Below, piece by piece: positions 57,502-64,000 of a stretch of DNA of 64,000 nucleotides. This DNA comes from Akkermansia muciniphila (GTDB lineage Bacteria; Verrucomicrobiota; Verrucomicrobiia; Limisphaerales; UBA9464). A program made the translations under genes and the position numbers. Positions within the stretch are counted from its first letter, which is position 1. Every line of letters starts with the position of its first letter. The notes under the pieces are model-generated. The model was not told the DNA's origin, searched no databases, and saw only the letters and a list, made by a program, of their open reading frames with translations. Where the stretch lies: assembly GCA_945900455.1 (NCBI GenBank), contig CAMDJH010000001.1, forward strand, positions 453 to 64,452. The letters run 5' to 3'.

Positions 57502-58434
57502 ATGCTAACTCGGGTTTTGGGAAATACCGGTCTGCGGGTGCCGGTCCTCGCATTCGGTGCCTCCTCCCTCGGACAGGAGTTTCGGCCGGTGCCGGTTGAC
57601 GAGGCACTCCGGTCGGTCCGCGTGGCGTTGGACAACGGAATGAATTTGATCGATACGTCGCCCTTTTACGGTCGCGGGATCAGCGAAGTTCTGCTTGGAA
57701 TCGCATTGCGAGACGTGCCGCGAGATCAGTACCTGCTGTGCACCAAACTGGGGCGGTACGACTTATCGCATTTTGATTTCTCCGCCCGCCGCGTCGCGGA
57801 AAGCGTGGATGTGAGTCTGCACCGGTTGGGCACCGATCACCTGGACATCATCCTCTGTCACGATATTGAGTTCGTCCCGATGCAGCAGATTGTGGACGAA
57901 ACACTCCCGGCACTTCGGCGAATCCAGCAGGAAGGCAAGGTTCGTTTCATTGGTTTCAGCGGTTATCCCCAGAAGATTTTCCGATTCATTGCCGATCAGA
58001 CACCCGTGGACTGTGTTCTGAGTTATAATCAATACACGCTGCAGAACACGCGGTTCGCGGACGAAACGATTCCTTATCTCAAAGCCCGGGGAATTGGTGC
58101 GATGAATGCAGGGCCGTTCAGCGCCCGGTTGTTGACGAATGCGGAGCTGCCGAAATGGCTGAAGGAACCCGAATCGGTCAAGGCGGCGGCACGCCAGGCC
58201 GCCGAAGAATGTCGCCGGCGCGGAATGAACATCGCCAAGCTTGCTTTGCAGTTCAGCCTCGCCCATCCCGACATCGCCACCACGATCGCCGGGAGTGCGA
58301 ATCCGGAAAATATTTGCAACTGGGCCCGCTGGGCGACGGAGCCCATCGATCTGGATTTGCTGCGTGATGTGAAATCAATTTTTCAACCCGTGCATAACCT
58401 GGGTCACCGGGAGGGGTTACCCGAAAACAATTAG
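57502..58434 (+). CDS. Aldo/keto reductase family oxidoreductase
   Basis: Segments are MLTRVLGNTGLRVPVLAFGASSLG, IDTSPFYG and DHLDIILCHDIEF. The start was moved from 57160, where the ORF overlaps the divergent gene. Confidence 0.8.
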   Translation: MLTRVLGNTGLRVPVLAFGASSLGQEFRPVPVDEALRSVRVALDNGMNLIDTSPFYGRGISEVLLGIALRDVPRDQYLLCTKLGRYDLSHFDFSARRVAESVDVSLHRLGTDHLDIILCHDIEFVPMQQIVDETLPALRRIQQEGKVRFIGFSGYPQKIFRFIADQTPVDCVLSYNQYTLQNTRFADETIPYLKARGIGAMNAGPFSARLLTNAELPKWLKEPESVKAAARQAAEECRRRGMNIAKLALQFSLAHPDIATTIAGSANPENICNWARWATEPIDLDLLRDVKSIFQPVHNLGHREGLPENN

Positions 58435-58455
58435 CCCGTTGCTCTCAACCCGTAT

Positions 58456-59232
58456 TTAGCGGGACACCGAGGATCCCGGAATCGGCCCGGACGCCCGAGT
58501 CGAGCGGATCGTGTGAAACTCGGGTGCGGCGGCGGCGATCCAGTCCGAGATTTTCGCGAAGGCCTCTTCCTCCCGCCCAGGGAGGCAGGTGGTAAAACAG
58601 GACACATAGGCCCAGCGCTGGAGTTCACCCATCGTTAATAAATCGCGAGCCATCCAGAGCAATCGCTGCCGGTAGTCCGCCGTGACCAACCCGTCGGCCA
58701 CAAACCAGAAGACATACACCCCTTTGATCGAGGAGGGTTTTCCGTTGATCGACGCGCTTTGCACCGCGTCGAAGCGTCGGACCGGGAGCGAGCCCGACAC
58801 GAGACCGGGGACCTTCACGGTGGCGTTCTGCCGGCGCTCGATGGCCCAACCCTGTCCCGTCAGGCAGTATTCCGGGCGGTGAATGCTCGTCCGGTCCGTT
58901 CCCATCATCACGACGCTCGCCTGCAGGGTCCAACGGCCATCCCCGTCCCCCATCCGATAACCCTTGCGTGCATACGTGGTGTCGGGCGGGAGATAACCCA
59001 GTTCCAAATTTGTGATCGGCATGTTTGAGCCGGTCCACGCCCCGGCCAGCCAAGGGAGGTAAACCGAGTTCGTCCGGGCCATCCGGCCGTCCTCGCCAAA
59101 GATGGGTTCCGATGAGAGCCGGAGTCCCGGTGCCCCGAGCCGGTGCCGATGCTTCATGCTCCAAAGCTGCCATGCGGTGACGGCGATGATCATCAGAGCG
59201 ATTGCCGAAAGCACAGGAAGGCGCCGGTTCAT
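58456..59232 (-). CDS. EpsI-family exosortase-associated protein
   Basis: It has an N-terminal TM anchor and the segment IHRPEYCLTGQGWAI, typical of the EpsI family. It overlaps the exosortase gene by 4 nt. Confidence 0.65.
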   Translation of the reverse strand: MNRRLPVLSAIALMIIAVTAWQLWSMKHRHRLGAPGLRLSSEPIFGEDGRMARTNSVYLPWLAGAWTGSNMPITNLELGYLPPDTTYARKGYRMGDGDGRWTLQASVVMMGTDRTSIHRPEYCLTGQGWAIERRQNATVKVPGLVSGSLPVRRFDAVQSASINGKPSSIKGVYVFWFVADGLVTADYRQRLLWMARDLLTMGELQRWAYVSCFTTCLPGREEEAFAKISDWIAAAAPEFHTIRSTRASGPIPGSSVSR

Positions 59233-60179
59233 ACGGTTTGCGGCTCCGCCGGTGGCGGATTCGTCTTGCTGGTTTGTTTGGCGGCGGATGGGGTGGGACG
59301 CGGTTCGCGAAGCAGGTAACCGAGGGTAAATACGCTTAAAAGTCCAAATAGGAAGGTCACGAAGCCGAACCGGTTTTCAATCTTCACCCCCGCCGCCTCC
59401 CCCAGTGTGTCACTGACCACGATGACCGTGATGAGGCGGAGGATGTTCCCCAGTACGGCGAGTGGGATCGCCGACGCAATCAGGAGCGCCCGTCGCCAAT
59501 TGGAGCGAAAATTAAGGAATGCAAAGGTGACAGTCAGAAGGAGCATGGCCGTCAAGCTGTGAATGCCGCTGCAGGCCGCGGCCACCTCAAAACGGTACTG
59601 CTTCTGCGCGTTGAAAAGCTGGGTACCTTCACGGAGCACACCCATGTCGAGCACTCCATTGCAGACGCTGACCGCTCCTCCGGTAACAAACATCCGCAAC
59701 GGAAAGGTCAATCCGTCCAGCAGGCTGGAAAATGGCAGGGCGAACAAGAGGAGGAAGAACGGAAAGAACACTGCGGACAAGAACGCTCTGCCCCAGACAA
59801 GCCCGATGATACCCGCGAGACCGACCAAAAACCCGAAGCCGGAGACGCGAGTTTGCTGGACCGTGTATCCCGCGAAATGCAGCAGGGCTCCCAATGCCAC
59901 GAGGAGCAGAGCGAGTCCCCAGGGTTGCTTGGCCGCACCGATCCAGTCCGCCCGCTTCGTCCACAGGAGGACCAAAACCAGAATCGGAACCAGCATGCCA
60001 ACTTCATCGTCTTCGTTGCCATGCCAGATGGCCCACATCCATGTGTACAGCGAGGGCGTGTCGACATAGCCAAACACGGAATTCCCGAGGAAATGAAAGA
60101 GAGCCCCCCACGCGACCAGAAGAATGCCGAAATACCATTTGAACGGCAGGGCATTCCAAATTTGTCGCAACGAGTCCAT
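59229..60179 (-). CDS. Exosortase-family transpeptidase (8-TM)
   Basis: It is polytopic. AACSGIHSLTAMLLL carries the catalytic Cys motif, and IPLAVLGNILRLITVIVV carries the conserved Asn/Arg region. It is 316 aa. Confidence 0.8.
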   Translation of the reverse strand: MDSLRQIWNALPFKWYFGILLVAWGALFHFLGNSVFGYVDTPSLYTWMWAIWHGNEDDEVGMLVPILVLVLLWTKRADWIGAAKQPWGLALLLVALGALLHFAGYTVQQTRVSGFGFLVGLAGIIGLVWGRAFLSAVFFPFFLLLFALPFSSLLDGLTFPLRMFVTGGAVSVCNGVLDMGVLREGTQLFNAQKQYRFEVAAACSGIHSLTAMLLLTVTFAFLNFRSNWRRALLIASAIPLAVLGNILRLITVIVVSDTLGEAAGVKIENRFGFVTFLFGLLSVFTLGYLLREPRPTPSAAKQTSKTNPPPAEPQTV

Positions 60180-60213
60180 GAGGAAGATGCGTCTTCGGTT
60201 CCGAGCAGGTGGC

Positions 60214-60420
60214 CTACTTGGGCAATGCGCCTTTTACGGCTTCAGTTGCTTTCTCGGTTTCGATCTTGGCCTTCACGATCTCCATTCCCTGGGAGGCCTT
60301 GTCCCCCATTTTTCCGGCAGCTTCCGCCACCTTTTCGGCGGCCTTCGAGGCTTCCTCTTTGTTGCAACCCGCAATGCAGAGCAGGGATGCGATGATGGTA
60401 ATGATAGGCGCGGCCTTCAT
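60214..60420 (-). CDS. Small lipoprotein
   Basis: MKAAPIITIIASLLCIAGC gives a lipobox, followed by a Lys/Ala/Glu-rich helix. It lies 34 nt upstream of the exosortase gene. Confidence 0.6.
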   Translation of the reverse strand: MKAAPIITIIASLLCIAGCNKEEASKAAEKVAEAAGKMGDKASQGMEIVKAKIETEKATEAVKGALPK

Positions 60421-60518
60421 AAAAATCGGAGAATCGATGTCACGTTCTGTTCACGTGGGACAGGAATCTGTAAGGGGATCGTCAGCCGGGGTCAAATAGC
60501 GATCTGTGAAAGCAACAC

Positions 60519-60968
60519 TCATAGCTGGTCGAGATCGGCTTGATCTTTGGCTCGACCCGTTGCGCCCATGTTCTGCCTGAGGTCTTCGAGACTGATGACA
60601 TGAACAGGCACACCGTCGTATTCCGCCTGGATTCGCCGGGTCCACGCGAGGGCAAAATCGCATCCCGAAATTCGGTTCAAAATCTCGATCAAGTGTGGCC
60701 GCGCCCCAAAGTGGGTAACTATTTCAGTGTCTAGGAACTGCGAGGTCGTCAGTCCCGTAAGCTCATCGCCAAAAAAGCATCGTACCGCCGCGATAGTCCT
60801 CTGCGCGTTGACTTCCGTACGGTGAATCCAAACATCCATGTCGGAGGTGACGCGCGGGTAGCCGTGATAGGCGACGGCATGGCCTCCGACGAGGAGATAC
60901 TCAACCCCAGCTGCGTTGAGACACGCAAGGAATTCGCGGAAGTCGGGGGGCAGATGCCTCGGGTCCAT
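60519..60968 (-). CDS. Nucleotidyltransferase-fold protein (possible TA-type toxin component)
   Basis: FREFLACLNAAGVEYLLVGGHAVAYHGYPRVTSDMDVWI is a G-G...D-x-D minimal NTase pattern. Confidence 0.55.
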   Translation of the reverse strand: MDPRHLPPDFREFLACLNAAGVEYLLVGGHAVAYHGYPRVTSDMDVWIHRTEVNAQRTIAAVRCFFGDELTGLTTSQFLDTEIVTHFGARPHLIEILNRISGCDFALAWTRRIQAEYDGVPVHVISLEDLRQNMGATGRAKDQADLDQL

Positions 60969-61107
60969 AATTCAGTTCGCGGAGATACTCCAGATGCCAG
61001 AGGCGCTCCTGCGGGGTGCGTGAATTCCAGAAGGCACGCTCCTTTTCGTCCGCCTCCGCAAAGGTTCGTGAAGTGGATATGATCGGCTTGATGAAGCGCT
61101 CGCGCAC
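60901..61107 (-). CDS. Small protein upstream of, and overlapping, the NTase-fold gene (possible antitoxin-like partner)
   Basis: It is 68 aa and contains SRTFAEADEKERAFWNSRTPQERLWHLEYLRELNYG. Its last ~22 codons overlap the NTase start in another frame. Confidence 0.4.
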   Translation of the reverse strand: MRERFIKPIISTSRTFAEADEKERAFWNSRTPQERLWHLEYLRELNYGPEASAPRLPRIPCVSQRSWG

Positions 61108-61362
61108 AATGGAAGACTACCCAACGCCACTTGAATTAGCAATTGTGGTCATCCAGACAATGGGTTGAATTTGATGGGAACGATATTTTACCTCGAGAGC
61201 GGAGCGGAGTTCGAAAACTGAGTTGCCGGCGGCATCTTCCTTGCGATCGGTTCAAAACGACTTTTCAGCGAGAGGAAATCGGGCCGACTGGATTGAAGTA
61301 TTCGAGATTGTGTTTGGCAGGGCTAAATCCACAATGCCGCCCATCGCATCAATCACACTACC

Positions 61363-62319
61363 ATGAAAAGAATTACGTCCTTGCTCGCCTGTGCCGCGCT
61401 TTTTTCGAACGCGGTTGTCGCCCGGGAGATCAAATACTCGATTGCGCCGGATTTCTTTGAGAAAAATCCCGGCGGTCAACAACTGGGGCCCTGTCACGGC
61501 GCCGCCATGACGGACAAGGCGGGAAATATTTACGTCACGACCGATACAAAGCGCGGCATCGTGGTGTTTTCGTCGAAGGGAAAATTCCTGCGGGCGGTGG
61601 GGCCAACGCGGATTCACGGGGCGGAGATTCGTATTGAAAAGGGGGTGGAGTACATTTATGCGGCGCGTCCTTCGGATCACGAAGTGTTGAAGCTGACGCT
61701 GGATGGGACGATTCTTTGGACGCTCGGTACACCCATGGATGCGGGTTTGTATAAGGATGGAAAGGGGTTTAATCCGTGCGCGGTCACGGTCGGGCCGGAC
61801 GGATCGTTATTTGTCGCGGACGGCTACGGTTCCAACTTCGTGCTGAAGTTCGACAAGAACCGAAAGTTTGTGAAGGCATTCGGTGGGCCCGGGGAAGAGG
61901 ACGGAAAGTTTAAGACGTGTCACGGGATCGGGCTGGATACCCGCCACGAAAAACCGTTGTTGCTGGTTTGCAACCGCAACAATGACCGGGTGGAGTACTG
62001 GGATCTGGATGGAAATTTCGTGCGGGTAATCCGTCGCGGCTTGCGGATGCCCGCCGCAGTGCATATCCGGGGCGACTACGCCGTTATTCCGGAATTGAAA
62101 GGGCGGGCGACGGTGTTGGACAAGGAGGGAAATATCGTGGCGCAAGTCGGGGACAATCCGACCGAGAGTCAACGCGCCAATTTTGGCCTGGTGCCGGACC
62201 AGTGGAAGGATGGCATTTGCAATTCGCCCCATGGAGCCGCAATCGATAAGAAGGGAAACCTGATCGTGAGCGAGTGGAGCCAGTTCGGTCATCTGCACAA
62301 ATTTGTGCGCGATCGATAA
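61363..62319 (+). CDS. Secreted NHL-repeat / six-bladed beta-propeller protein
   Basis: It has a signal peptide (MKRITSLLACAALFSNAVVA) and repeated blades (GNIYVTTD, GSLFVADGYGSN, PHGAAIDKKGNLIVSEW). Confidence 0.6.
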   Translation: MKRITSLLACAALFSNAVVAREIKYSIAPDFFEKNPGGQQLGPCHGAAMTDKAGNIYVTTDTKRGIVVFSSKGKFLRAVGPTRIHGAEIRIEKGVEYIYAARPSDHEVLKLTLDGTILWTLGTPMDAGLYKDGKGFNPCAVTVGPDGSLFVADGYGSNFVLKFDKNRKFVKAFGGPGEEDGKFKTCHGIGLDTRHEKPLLLVCNRNNDRVEYWDLDGNFVRVIRRGLRMPAAVHIRGDYAVIPELKGRATVLDKEGNIVAQVGDNPTESQRANFGLVPDQWKDGICNSPHGAAIDKKGNLIVSEWSQFGHLHKFVRDR

Positions 62320-62350
62320 GCGGACCCCGCGGGCCATTGCCCAACCCGCT

Positions 62351-62487
62351 CCATGAACCGACTACATGGGAGCGCCTGCATCCTGCCGGCGAGCCGGCGC
62401 AGCGGACGAAGATTCGCCGGCAAGATGCCGGCGCTCCCGGGTTCATGGTCCCATTGCCTGTCCATTCGTTGGAAAAATTCCCTACCG
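62351..62487 (+). repeat. ~135-bp long-hairpin repeat, copy 2
   Basis: CCATGAACCGACTACATGGGAGCGCCTGCATCCTGCCGGCGAGCC...GATTCGCCGGCAAGATGCCGGCGCTCCCGGGTTCATGG followed by the tail GTCCATTCGTTGGAAAAATTCC. It lies between two convergent genes. Confidence 0.85.
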
Positions 62488-62490
62488 AGA

Positions 62491-64000
62491 TCACGTCAAC
62501 ACCAACTTTGTCGTCGTTGCTTCCGGATCCCAGCCGCGGGTGGGTTTGCTCGTGATGGAGCTGATGTCTTTGATGGAAATCTGTCGCCCGATGGTTTTGG
62601 GGCCTTTCACGTCAATTTCGGCCGGCGAGCAGGTTTGCTGGGATACCTTTTGATGTGGGGCCGGTTTGAAACGGATATAAAGCTGGGCCGGAGTGCCTTG
62701 TTCAAAAAAGAGAATTCGCGATTTGGGAGGAATGCAAAAATACTCCTTGTTCAGGATGGTTCCACCGAAAGTGAAACGCTTGAGATGGCTCGCTTCACGA
62801 TCGGTATAGGCGCAGGTGAATACCTGGTCCCGGTCGGGCAGCGCGCAGTAAAAAAGATCGGGACCGATGAAGAGCTTCTCCGCCAATTCGACCACTTTGT
62901 AGTGGCCGTCCTTAAAGACTAACAGCAGCTTGTCGAACTTGGTGCAGTCCAGCCGGAATTCTTCGCCGGACACCTTGTGACCCACATAGCCGGTCTCGCG
63001 GTCGTAGGCGACTTTGAAGGCCTTGAAGGCGACTTCCTTGGCATCAATTTCCTCGTGCCGGCTGGAGCGAGTCAAGCGGGGATACACCGGCCGGTATTTC
63101 GCCAGCAGGGCCTCGAGATGGGCGACCGCGTAGCGGGTAACGTTTTTTAGATGCTTCGAGGTTTCGTCGAGTTCGGTCTGCAGCGTCTCCATCTCGGCCC
63201 GGTGCTTTTCGATGTCAAAAAGCGAGATCCGCCGGATCCGCACCTGGAGCAAACGTTCCACGTCGGGGTCGCTCAGATCCCGACGCAGTTGTTTTCGGAA
63301 TGGCTTGAACCCGTCGACCACGGCGGCAAGCACCGCCTCGTTGGTCTTGCACGGCTCGATCTTCTTATAGATACGCTCTTCAATGAAGATACGTTCGAGC
63401 GTGCGGAAATGGAGTTCGCCCTCGAGCTGCTGCTGCTTGAGTTCGAGTTCGCGCCGGAGCAGTTCCAACAGCTGTTCGGTATTCGCCCGCAACACCTCCG
63501 AAACCGTGGTTTCCAACGGACGGTTTTCACGAATGACGATGATCCGGCTGGAAATGGAAATCTCGCAGTCGGTGAACGCGTAGAGGGCGTCGATCAGTTG
63601 GTCGGCGCTGATTCCGGCCGGGATCTTAATCTCGATCTCCACTCCCTCGGCGGTGAAATCGTTGATGGATTTGATCTTGATCTTGCCCTTACGCACCGCG
63701 TCCTCAATCGAGGTGATCAGTGAATCCGTGGTCGTCATCGGCGGGATCTCGTGAATAACGACGGTGGAATCGTCCTTCGATCGGATCCGGGCGCGGACTT
63801 TCACCGTTCCGCGTCCATCCTGGTAATCCCGGGCGTCCATCAGGCCGCCGGTCGGAAAGTCCGGAAGACATCTAAATGGCTGCTTTTGCAGGATGGCAAT
63901 CTGCGCGGCGATCAGCTCAGGAAAGTTATGGGGCAGGATTTTGCAGGCCATGCCGACGGCGATGCCTTCCGTACCGAGCATCAAGAGGAGTGGCAGCCGG
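62491..64000 (-). CDS. parC: DNA topoisomerase IV / gyrase subunit A family protein (ParC-like), N-terminus beyond the right window edge
   Basis: ...LLLMLGTEGIAVGMACKILPHNFPELI...LPDFPTGGL... is the GyrA/ParC breakage-reunion core. The C-terminal region is of the ParC type I associate with Bacteroidota/PVC genomes. The frame is open to position 64000. Confidence 0.75.
   Translation of the reverse strand, partial: RLPLLLMLGTEGIAVGMACKILPHNFPELIAAQIAILQKQPFRCLPDFPTGGLMDARDYQDGRGTVKVRARIRSKDDSTVVIHEIPPMTTTDSLITSIEDAVRKGKIKIKSINDFTAEGVEIEIKIPAGISADQLIDALYAFTDCEISISSRIIVIRENRPLETTVSEVLRANTEQLLELLRRELELKQQQLEGELHFRTLERIFIEERIYKKIEPCKTNEAVLAAVVDGFKPFRKQLRRDLSDPDVERLLQVRIRRISLFDIEKHRAEMETLQTELDETSKHLKNVTRYAVAHLEALLAKYRPVYPRLTRSSRHEEIDAKEVAFKAFKVAYDRETGYVGHKVSGEEFRLDCTKFDKLLLVFKDGHYKVVELAEKLFIGPDLFYCALPDRDQVFTCAYTDREASHLKRFTFGGTILNKEYFCIPPKSRILFFEQGTPAQLYIRFKPAPHQKVSQQTCSPAEIDVKGPKTIGRQISIKDISSITSKPTRGWDPEATTTKLVLT

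Overview
This is a GC-rich (~60%) bacterial chromosomal window. The gene content suggests a PVC/Verrucomicrobiota-like organism: H-X9-DG prepilin-like proteins, a PEP-CTERM protein with exosortase and EpsI, a ParC-like topoisomerase of the type I associate with Bacteroidota/PVC genomes, and characteristic GC-rich palindromic repeats. That assignment is inference only. Most of the window is ordinary housekeeping: metH, serA, fba, thrC, a class I DAHP synthase, an aspartate-type aminotransferase, a Uup-like ABC-F ATPase, Ppx/GppA, YajQ, YaeQ, a ParC-like gene, and two ECF sigma modules. Accessory or unusual parts are: (1) a ~6 kb integrative element beside tRNA-Thr(CGU), carrying an integrase, an AlpA-like excisionase, a PriCT/Toprim primase-like protein, a DUF3987 protein and a Nu1-like HTH protein. 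Its far side abuts a 5'-truncated IS4 transposase. (2) An HUH/Y1 (IS200/RAYT-like) gene bracketed by perfect 18-bp inverted repeats next to tRNA-Gln. (3) A ~1.9 kb repeat-dense, partly low-GC non-coding tract (33.9-35.85 kb) containing an inverted pair of ~120-bp units. (4) A ~135-bp long-hairpin repeat present twice, each time just 3' of a gene. (5) Two cassettes that pair an H-X9-DG pseudopilin-like gene with a secreted protein, where the two secreted proteins share a C-terminal module. (6) Tandem, translationally coupled paralogs of unknown function. No CRISPR array or rRNA was seen. All functional calls come from motif recognition by eye; no searches were run. Several ORF-track starts were moved to internal Met codons, and many long antisense ORFs were rejected as GC artefacts.
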